Positions 38,439 through 47,227 of a stretch of DNA of 54,824 bases are shown in pieces. The notes below the pieces were generated by a model that searched no databases, had not been told where the DNA came from, and saw only the letters and a list, made by a program, of their open reading frames with translations. The position numbers were made by a program, and so were the translations under genes. The stretch comes from a virus. Taxonomy: Duplodnaviria > Caudoviricetes. The first letter of the stretch is position 1. Each line of letters begins with the position of its first letter. The stretch covers positions 1-54,824 of IMG/VR virus record IMGVR_UViG_3300025671_000082. One strand, written 5' to 3'.

Positions 38439-41400
38439 TTATGGCCCAATTCCATAGAAATCAAATCCCGGTTTTATCGGTTCAATGATTTCTTGATAAG
38501 TAAGTGCGTCAGGTCCAGACTGTAGCAGCCCATCTCGTTTAGCACGTTCTAAGTATTTTCGGTAAGTCTTTCTAGACAAACCCTGACGTCTCATTTCTTT
38601 GAGAGTTTTGTCAATAGTGCCTGACTTCAGTGCATCTGCATACAACTGGCGTAAAGCAAATTTCGCAGGAACTGCGTCACCTAAGTTTGTAAAGAACGCG
38701 TCGTGGATAGTACCCGTATCGATATTGTTCTCTCTTCCCCAAAGGTGAAATCTTCGGACAAGCACAGCGTCATTACTGTGGTTACCGTTAACACCAAGAC
38801 CAATAGCAGCGTCCTGTATTGATTGCTCAGACAGAAGTTTACCGTCTTTTGCAGGTGCTTCATATATATTGAACACTTTCTGCCCAGTGACAGGATCAGT
38901 GAAATCAATCCTTACTTGTTCCTTTGTACGATAGCGTTGCATCATTGTTTTACCATCGAAAGTTACCCAAGGAATATCTGTTGTCTGTGCTTCACGAGCA
39001 AAATCTTTTGCAATGTCTTTCCAGAACTTGATAAACTTACCAGTAACAGGAACCTCTGTTTCAAGATGACCAGACATAATTGATGAAATCTTATCGAATA
39101 GCCGAGTACCTACAAGGTCTCCGGTTTCATCTCTAAGCTTAAACAAAAATGTATGCATCTCTTCAGAGTTTTTAATTCCATCTCTGAACTCACCTTTAGC
39201 GGTTTCATACAGAGACTCTGTGATAGGTTTGCCTGACTTAGAGGCTAGTACCACATCTTTCTTAATGTCGCGTAATTCGTCAATACGTGTCCAATTTTTT
39301 CTGTCCATTTCAAAGCTAATCTTAGCATCAATAGCCTTCTTAAACTTTTCAACTTCTTTAGATGAGATAGAGACTTTACCTTTTTTAGCAAGCACCTTTG
39401 CAAAAGCGTCCGCAATATTTTTAGCTTTGGTAGCCGATCCGGCCCCATAGAATGTTACCCAAATTATTCAGCAAGGTAGTCACTCCTTGCCCGTGTAAAA
39501 GGCTCTACCGGAAGAAAACCAACGTTTAATTGTTCTATGAGAAACGTTATGAGCCTTAGCAGCATTGCGTAAAGAATGATATGTTTTGCCATCTACCGAT
39601 ACTTTTTTTGCGCGATGATGAGATTTGGACATTCTTTTCGACTGTGCCTTTTTAGCTTCTTCGGACCAAACGCCCTTAGCAGGTTGTTTACCTTTTGATC
39701 CAATTCTACGGTAGTAAGAACGTACCGCTTCTGTTTGTTTTCTCATTTGGTCTTCTGTGTTTTTCCGTCCTGACAAATGTTCTTTTGAAAATTTAGAATA
39801 TTCTTCTCTCAACCTTTTGAATTGAGTCGAACCTATTAGCTTATCTTTACCACAGTTCATAAATCTGAACGCATAGGTCATTTCAAAGTTATTATGTATT
39901 TTCCAAAGCAAAAAGTGAGCAAGGTAATGTTCTCTTGCTGTCAGGTAAGTGATGTTATCACTCTCATCAGAGCCGCCCATAGATTTAGGAATAATGTGAT
40001 GACCTTCTGTGTAAATATCAGAGGGTTTCACATTACGTCCGTATTTTCGTATGAGTTCATCGTAATGGTATTGGTAGTTCATTTATTTTCCTTTTTTTTC
40101 ACTGCTATATGTTTCCATATAGTTTAGACTATATCATCACTTGACTTGTTTCAGCTTACCCATAAATACTGCCCAAGCAGGATTAGAGTAATACCTCTTC
40201 CATTGTGTTAAAGTTTTAACAATGAATGGCCTTTCAGCCCATAGTACAAGTGCTCTGCGCTTCCATCTGACATTTAGATGTACTCCCTTCGGATAGTCGT
40301 TGAACGTTCCCCTTGTGGGGCTTCGCTGCTGATTGCCTACGTCATTACACGTTTAGGTTTTCCAGCAATTCACAGAGTTTAAAGAACACAGATTTAAGTT
40401 TATGTTCTGGTTTTTAGCAGCTTTCATTAAGTCAGACCAATCAAGGTCTAATTCAGCAAGTTCAGGTATTGCCAAGAACTCAGGGTCGTTGACAGTGCGT
40501 TTAGCAATTTCGTCGTACAGACGCTGTTTCTTATCGGTTTGAACAACGTTAGAGAGGTTAGCAGCCGCTCTATCTTTTGTGGAAAGAGCAATAATCTGCG
40601 CACCAGAAGAACTAGCGTCGTTTTCAATCATCATCTTGGTCTTGTACTTAGCAAGCTTTCTGATATCTGCTGAATTAAACTGCCGTTTATCTGTTGGCAT
40701 CTTACCATCCATGTGACGGTATATACGAGTGTATTCTAGAGCCAAACGAGATACTTTGCCGATGTGTTCATCATCAAGACCCATTTGATGGGTTTTCTCA
40801 ATGAACTTACGAACCTGACCTGCTCTTTGGGAAGGCTTGTCTAGCATATAGCTACCAAGCTCTAGTAAGTCATCTTCTACAGCTTTAAATGCTTTTAACC
40901 TACCTTGCACTGTAAGAACATCTAGTGGGTTCCCGACAGCGGCACCTATTTGAGTCATAAGCTCTTCTACTGCGTCTGGTGTCATAGAAACACCTTTTGC
41001 CGTATTTAAGAACGGACGCACGGTTTCACCCTTAGTTGGAGTTAAAAGACCACGGTGATAAACACGACCTCGGAAGTCAATAGAGGCGTCTACCGAGAAG
41101 GCTTGATTACGCTGTCTATGGAATTTAGCTGTTGCAAGAACACCTCTTCCATCATTACCACGAGCATCGATAAACAGTTTCTTCCACTCGTTCTTTTCAA
41201 GCAACGCAGCATCACCTGATCGTTTAGCTTTAAAGTAGATTACTTCTTCGGCAAAGTCAAAGAAATCAGGGTCTACTTGGTACTTCACTGAGTTAGCGTG
41301 ATTAAGCATTTTAGCTATATCACGATCAATCTGCTTTGGATCATAGTCAGCAAAGACGTTTTCAGATACGACAGGTTGAGAGGTTTTACGATTACGAGCA

Positions 41401-43952
41401 TCAAAGTAAACTTTTTCTCCCGCCTTAGCGTAAAGCTGATCACGTCTATGGTATACCCCAAACCGCCTTGCAGCACGAGTCTTAGCATTAGCAATTTGTA
41501 GTTGTCTTAAATCACCATCAACAATTTGAATTTGTTTAAACACAGAAACACCGCGTAAAGACTTATCGCGAGAAGCTAAACCTGTAGCCAAGTCAATAGG
41601 AGAGCTTGTGCCACTATCACGAAAAACATCAGTACGGATTATCCCTTGGCGCTCAAGATTTGCAAGTATTCTGGACCCATCCTTATGAAACTCTTTTAGT
41701 GTTTTAGATCTAAAAGGATTTAAACTACCAAGCTCATCATCAAACAGCTGACCAATCTTAATAGCAAGCTGATCGTAGTCTGCACCGTCTGCAGCGGCAA
41801 TCATTTCCATAGACTTAGACAAGGCTTTAATGGTTTTGTCGTTTATGGTTTTAATAGCCTTTTCTCGGTAAAAATTAGTAACCCTTTCTCGGTAAAAATT
41901 AAATAAAAAATCTAGAGCAATCGCGTCAAAATCTGCGATGCTGGGTACGTCAGAAGCAGAAAGTTTTTCTGAAAGTGTTTCTATAATAGATTCAAGGGTT
42001 GTTTCATCCAAAAACTCACCGTCTAAAATTTTACGGGTATTACCTCGGAGTTTAGAAATTTGTTGAGTGATCCAAGAGTCGCTTGGAAGTTTTTCTTTGT
42101 TTAGCTTTTTCCATAGTTTATAACCGGGAAGTTTTTCAAGAAGAAACTTCTTAGCATTAAACTTCGGATAACGCCTAATGATAGGCTGTGTGTAAGCAGC
42201 GATAGGGGCCTTGCGATTGTAGAAGGCTCTACGAGCTAAGTTAGCACCTTGTTTTTCAGGCCAACGAGCAATGTAGCGGTTATCTTTGATTTGAGAGTCA
42301 ACTAACTTAGAGATTGTAAACTTTTTACCGAGAATGTCAACCTCTGGATCGTCTTTTAAACGACTGTTAAGCGTACCAAACATCCTACCTCGCTCAACAG
42401 CGCGGTTAAACAGTGTAGTACCTTGGTCCTGAACAGCATTCAAAGTAAACTTACGGAATACAGAAACAGGGGTCCCCCAGACTTCTCCGGTTTTGTTAGC
42501 CCGAGAAAAAGTTTGACGAAGAACATCAACAACAACTGATCGTTGGTTTACAGAAAGAGACCTGTCTAAACTATTTACAAAATCTCGTATATAGTCTTGT
42601 TGTTTAGTTGTTAGAGCATACTGTTCAAAAGAAAGCTTCTCAAGCCTCTCCGCTAGAAACTCTGGATCAGGAGGTTGTAAATGCTTGTAAGGCCCATCCC
42701 CATAGTCTGTCCCATCGGCGCTAAAGGCAGCACCCTTGCGATCGTTTTTGAAATAGCGCCTTGAACCTTGTTTTTGAGACAAAGAGTTTCCCTTGTAATC
42801 GACAAGGGACAAAGCTTGTGCGTTTTCACCAGCATCATTTTTAAAGAAATCCTTTAGTGCTTCGGTATTAGCCTTAGAACTCATAAGTTCATCTGGGGTG
42901 TTAAACCTAAGCGTACCTGTGTATTCATTGGTTGTAGTAGGGCGTCTAACTGTTCTATTAGCACGACGCATTAGTCCTCGAATACTCAAAGCCTTACCTT
43001 CAGGAGAAACAAACTCTTCAGCCTTCAGTCGTCCTTTTTGAAACAACGAGGCTTGACGCTCACCACCTAGTAGTTTAGTTTGAACTTCAGTTGTTTGACG
43101 CCTTAGCCATTCTCCATAGGTCTTAATCTTTGAAGGTTGACCATCCAGGTCTGCGGAATGAACTTTGTTTAGTTTCCTTGGTTTAATTTTATCTGAGGTC
43201 ACGCCTTCCAGAGCTTCTTTAGACTTTACTACCGGAACAAGAGTTGATCGACAGTTAAAGTGAAGCGGCGGTTGGAAACGGTTATCATCAACATCATAAA
43301 CCTTACCATTGTGATGAGTACAGATAGGGCTGGTACGGCTATCAAGAATAGCAGTAAACATGTAGCCTTCAAACAATTCTTTGTTTTGTTGTACAACATC
43401 ATTCAAAGCTTGAGTTTGAGCCGCTGTAATAGAAGTTCTTGTTAGTGTCTTGGCTTGATGCTCTGTAATCTTAGTTGTTTTCAGAACATCATTAATAATT
43501 TCGTTGTTAGCTTTCCCCGCAGCAAGTCCAGCTTTAACTTTAGATTGTATGCGGACTAGTTCTCCAGAAGAGATATTGCTAACGTTTCTAGTAATAGATT
43601 TAGCACCCTTAATGTTTGGGCCAGTAATCTCTTTCACAAGATCAGCAGTCTTAGGTTTTTGTGTACGATAAAACCCTTTCACTTCCGCGTGAAGGTTATT
43701 ATAGTGAAAACTCTTATTTGCCTTTGTAAATTGAGTAACAGAGCCTACAATAGACTTGTTAATTTCTTTAGCAAAACGGTTAACTTCAGGTTTCACATCG
43801 CTCCGAATGTTCTTCTTTAAAACTTCTGCTAAGTTTTTACGATGTGTTCTTAGTATTTCACGTTGTGCTTTTTGTTGACCATTCTCGTAGAGTCGAACAT
43901 CAGTGCTGTGATCTACGATCCTGTCAAAAATCTTTTCGTTAATTGTAGACAT
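38439..43952 (-). CDS. MuF (SPP1 gp7-like) domain fused to single-subunit RNA polymerase; exons 40402-43952 and 38439-39459; 1523 aa spliced; candidate virion RNAP
   Basis: MuF motifs LDSRTSPIC and PPLHFNCRS; RNAP motifs DFRGRVY, motif A DASSSGAQ, motif B KAAKNQNMVTFYG (restored by splicing), NGNHSNDA, motif C IHDAF. Confidence 0.9.
39460..40401 (-). mobile_element. Group I self-splicing intron, 942 nt
   Basis: 5' exon GAACAU pairs with IGS GUGUUC (U.G at the splice site); P AAUUGCUGGAAA, Q AAUCAGCAG, R GUUCAACGACUA, S GAUGAUAUAGUCUA; P9 GAAA hairpin; terminal G; removal restores frame and motif B. Confidence 0.93.
39480..40082 (-). CDS. Intron-encoded HNH homing endonuclease with NUMOD-like C-terminus
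   Basis: HHIIPKSMGG..DN...LTAREH..AH motif; located after P9. Confidence 0.9.
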   Translation of the reverse strand: MNYQYHYDELIRKYGRNVKPSDIYTEGHHIIPKSMGGSDESDNITYLTAREHYLAHFLLWKIHNNFEMTYAFRFMNCGKDKLIGSTQFKRLREEYSKFSKEHLSGRKNTEDQMRKQTEAVRSYYRRIGSKGKQPAKGVWSEEAKKAQSKRMSKSHHRAKKVSVDGKTYHSLRNAAKAHNVSHRTIKRWFSSGRAFYTGKE

Positions 43953-44012
43953 AATTACTCCAGTACTACTACTTCGTGGATAGGCAGTTTTTAGACTTAC
44001 CTAGGTCTCTAT

Positions 44013-44087
44013 TGGTGCTGAAACTCAGATTTGAACTGAGAACCTACGCTTTACAAGAGCGTTGCTCTGCCGTTGAGCTATTTCAGC
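44013..44087 (-). tRNA. tRNA-Thr(UGU) with encoded CCA
   Basis: Acceptor GCTGAAA/TTTCAGC, D-arm GCTC/GAGC, anticodon stem ACGCT/AGCGT with loop CTTGTAA, T-arm CTCAG-TTCAAAT-CTGAG. Confidence 0.93.
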
Positions 44088-45659
44088 TTATTCTTCCTCT
44101 AATTGAATCTCTTCATCCGGTGTTTTATTTGTTAACGGATCAGTTTGAATCTCTTCAACCGCTTCTTCGTCGTTGTAATCAGCCGGAAGGAAGTCATTGT
44201 ACTTGGCAATATTAATCCAAGTGCTACGAGAGATAATACCACTCTGATACCATTCACTGACAAGGCGCATTGCACCTTCACCGCCAACAATAGGAGAGAA
44301 GTCAGAGGATAGTTGGAAGTTAATGTCATTACCTGTATATTCGGTGCCATACTTCCAATTCAGCATGAAGGCAATAACTTCTTGCATTGTGCTTGAGATT
44401 TTAGCGTTCATGGTCCCAAGTTGAGCAGTTTGAGAAGCATTACGGATTTCAAGAGCAACACCAGAAGCTGCTTGTTCGGGAGAGAGCATACGAATTCCCA
44501 TCTTTGCCATTTCAGAAACAGTAGCTTCAATAGCTCGATCCATGTCACTCAAAGCACTTGTAGGTGTTTCAAGGACAGTAATAGACTCATCTTTACGGAC
44601 ACGTAGCCAAGTACCAAGACCTGCATTCACGAGTTCTTCAAACTCTTCGTCAGTCATGTCAGACTGCACCACAGGGGTATAGGTCGCAGCACCGTATAAC
44701 AGGTGGTTACGGCGAGATACTTTGTTGTACAGAGCTACCTCTCTGTCAATCAGAGGCATAAGTACTGGTTCAATTGGCTCTAGTTGTCCGTTAAGCGGAA
44801 ACGCCGGGATACGATCCAAACGCTGACCAAACTTCATAGGATAAACAGTGTCGTATTTTTGGAAACCACCATCAGCAGAATCTATGTATTCTTGAGTGAT
44901 TACACCATTCAAAGCTTCTACTTCGTGAGAACCATGAGCTTTCTTATAGTAATCAAGTACCAAAAAACCCTGCTCATCAAGATAGTGATCACAAACAGTA
45001 TCAACATAGTCTGGATGCCAAGGGTTGTTTGAATCATACTCTTCCATAATGTAACGAGTAACCATACGGGTAAGAGTCTTAGCGCGAGTAATCGGATGAG
45101 TCTTTACTTGAACATTAATAACGTTTTCAGCCTTAATCAAAACAGGGTAAGGTGAAATTTTCATACGCTCTTCCGGCATCATTGATTCTAGTTCAGCATC
45201 AGGCACAACAGGGTGATCAATGTAAACCCAAGCACGAGAAGTTTGAAGTTCTTCCCAGATAGCAGCATCTAAGAAATTAAACAAGGATGCACCATCAAGG
45301 GTAAAGTCTTTTGTGATCCAATCATAAGCTTGTACTTGCTCAAGCTCTTCAGGTAACTTAAGTTGTGAAGGCTTACGAAGCAAAGCACTAATTAGCACAC
45401 GAGCATACTGTGTTGTAAGCCCCGGTAGCTCTGCTTCTGACTTGTAGAAGTCATACTGGTTTTGAGTCATGCTAGGTGAAAAAGGCAGTAGCAAGTTATT
45501 GTAATCAACCTCTATGAATTCATCATGTGCTTTAGCATGAGCTTCACCTTGAAGCACAGCACGGGCTTTTTTCCACAAAGGCTTAAGAGACATATAAGAA
45601 GCACTAGGTGTTTCTGGTCCTCTTTTAATAGTATTAGCAGCTGTCTTAACGAGCGCCAT
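44088..45659 (-). CDS. Portal protein (DUF4055-like)
   Basis: 523 aa directly upstream of the MuF gene; overall motif pattern and synteny. Confidence 0.8.
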   Translation of the reverse strand: MALVKTAANTIKRGPETPSASYMSLKPLWKKARAVLQGEAHAKAHDEFIEVDYNNLLLPFSPSMTQNQYDFYKSEAELPGLTTQYARVLISALLRKPSQLKLPEELEQVQAYDWITKDFTLDGASLFNFLDAAIWEELQTSRAWVYIDHPVVPDAELESMMPEERMKISPYPVLIKAENVINVQVKTHPITRAKTLTRMVTRYIMEEYDSNNPWHPDYVDTVCDHYLDEQGFLVLDYYKKAHGSHEVEALNGVITQEYIDSADGGFQKYDTVYPMKFGQRLDRIPAFPLNGQLEPIEPVLMPLIDREVALYNKVSRRNHLLYGAATYTPVVQSDMTDEEFEELVNAGLGTWLRVRKDESITVLETPTSALSDMDRAIEATVSEMAKMGIRMLSPEQAASGVALEIRNASQTAQLGTMNAKISSTMQEVIAFMLNWKYGTEYTGNDINFQLSSDFSPIVGGEGAMRLVSEWYQSGIISRSTWINIAKYNDFLPADYNDEEAVEEIQTDPLTNKTPDEEIQLEEE

Positions 45660-45793
45660 ATTGATACCTCATTATTTTGTAATCAGGCATAATGCCTTTA
45701 TGTTGTAGTTGTTAATAGATTATATTAAAAGATACATAAGAACTAATAGTATCTTTAGTTATATCTTTAAATATAATCTTAAGGGGGCCTCCC

Positions 45794-45811
45794 TCATAAG
45801 GGTCAAGTATT
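45794..45811 (-). promoter_or_regulatory. Class A motif upstream of the portal/head operon
   Basis: Exact 18-mer repeat. Confidence 0.7.
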
Positions 45812-45822
45812 TTTTACTCTTT

Positions 45823-45867
45823 AAAAACAAAGGAGACCTACCGGGTAATTCCCAGCAGGTCGTCCTT
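45823..45867 (-). terminator. Terminator-like hairpin between tandem class A motifs
   Basis: AAGGA-C-GACCUGCUGGG/CCCGGUAGGUC-UCCUU followed by UGUUUUU. Confidence 0.7.
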
Positions 45868-45905
45868 CTGGAGGACTGTCAGATCTATAAATCTGTCCTC
45901 TTGTA

Positions 45906-45923
45906 TCATAAGGGTCAAGTATT
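45906..45923 (-). promoter_or_regulatory. Class A motif immediately after the endolysin stop
   Basis: Exact 18-mer repeat. Confidence 0.7.
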
Positions 45924-45925
45924 TA

Positions 45926-46432
45926 TTATTTCGGAATTTCGAAGTGAGGTCCGTCAATAAAAGGACGCCGCCCTTGTGATTTTCTTAATGAAACGTAGGC
46001 TTCGTGTGCAGCCTTAGCGTCGTTGTCATTCAAGTAGTGAGTCCAAGCACCGCCCCAACGAATTGTAACATTTAGTTCTCGAGCAGCTTCTGCAAAGGCT
46101 TGAGCAATAGTAATGTACTTATCTAAGTCCCAAGTAATACGAGAACCTTCGTAAGCAACAACATCTACTGCCATACCGTCTTGGTGACGAGAGTGTTTAA
46201 TCTGTGACTTACCTTGAACCCGTAGCTGGTTTTGTTCATGCTGAGTCCGAAGACCGCATGTAACACCAAAGTCTACAGGAGAAAGCTGAAGTGCCCGACG
46301 AGTAACTTTTTCGAGTTCAAGATTAATACCTTCAATCTTAGACTCAGAACGTTTTCCAAAGCGCCAGTTGTAGGTTTTCTTTTCAACTGGTTTTTCAAAC
46401 ATACTAGTCATTTTCATTCTAGTAAATTCCAT
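45926..46432 (-). CDS. Endolysin, M15-family peptidase
   Basis: GLRT...Q, SRH..G.AVD, RWGG.W and DGPHFE motifs. Confidence 0.88.
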   Translation of the reverse strand: MEFTRMKMTSMFEKPVEKKTYNWRFGKRSESKIEGINLELEKVTRRALQLSPVDFGVTCGLRTQHEQNQLRVQGKSQIKHSRHQDGMAVDVVAYEGSRITWDLDKYITIAQAFAEAARELNVTIRWGGAWTHYLNDNDAKAAHEAYVSLRKSQGRRPFIDGPHFEIPK

Positions 46433-46836
46433 TACTTTTTACCCCCATTGCTACTCCATTTATCAACCATCTTTTCACCTGAACGACCAACAACGTAACC
46501 ACCAACACCAATAGTTAGCAACTGCCACAGTTCTTGCGGGAGGTCTAGAGTAATGACTTCAGGGTAAAAGATACCGATAATTGGAAAGAGCAAATAGTTG
46601 CAAGCAATAATAAGAACAACGACCATCATAAGCAACGGTCGCCAAGCAGAAACAATCCAGTTTTCAGACTTGGCTTCAGCCATAACAATCTGACCTCGGA
46701 TTTTTTCCAAAGAGTCAGTGTGTTCCAATAGTGCCATTTTTACTTCTGCATCAAGTTCAGCGGGGTTTTTATCAGGCACCAACTTAGAAATAAGCTGAGT
46801 CAAAATTGGTGCAAGAACCGGCAATAGGTTCAACAT
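46432..46836 (-). CDS. Holin-like protein (GTA 3TM holin type)
   Basis: WRP motif, transmembrane segments, GGY..GRS.EK. Confidence 0.75.
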   Translation of the reverse strand: MLNLLPVLAPILTQLISKLVPDKNPAELDAEVKMALLEHTDSLEKIRGQIVMAEAKSENWIVSAWRPLLMMVVVLIIACNYLLFPIIGIFYPEVITLDLPQELWQLLTIGVGGYVVGRSGEKMVDKWSSNGGKK

Positions 46837-46852
46837 AAATATTTCCTTTCGA

Positions 46853-47227
46853 TTATTCTGGTTTTTGTGGCCAAATAACAGGTTGTGTAATATCTTCTAT
46901 TGTAGAAGGTAGGTTTCTTAACAACTCCCTATACTCTGCCCAAAGTTCTGTATTATAAGGGCTGTCGGGGAATTGAGTAAAGTCGCAAGCAGAAAGTCGT
47001 CTGTTGCGCTCTATTCGTAGCTTGTTCCAAAGCTCTTCCTCATCAACAGGAGGTGTGTAGGGGTGAATTTCTCCACCCACTACTTTTGTTAACCCTACCA
47101 TCTTAGGAGAAAAAGACTCAGGGGCTTCAATGTAACCGTAACCTTCTCTTTTTCTGCCTTCAATATTATTCGTTGTAATTAGCTCACATGTTATACCTGT
47201 GTCAACTTCATATCCGATATAATTCAT
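46853..47227 (-). CDS. Tail fibre assembly chaperone-like protein
   Basis: LR.ERN..L...D.TQ.PD...W..YR..LR.LP...WP motif. Confidence 0.75.
   Translation of the reverse strand: MNYIGYEVDTGITCELITTNNIEGRKREGYGYIEAPESFSPKMVGLTKVVGGEIHPYTPPVDEEELWNKLRIERNRRLSACDFTQFPDSPYNTELWAEYRELLRNLPSTIEDITQPVIWPQKPE

Noticed and set aside
38439-39395. Separate 318-aa RNAP subunit (N4 RNAPII-like split enzyme)
   Set aside because: The frame stays open upstream to 39459 and joins exon 1 precisely on removal of a canonical group I intron
39480-40082. Intein or free-standing HNH insertion
   Set aside because: Not translated in continuity with the host gene; flanked by ribozyme core elements
44013-44087. tRNA as a prophage attachment site
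   Set aside because: No integrase, no duplicated tRNA 3' end, and phage genes continue on both sides
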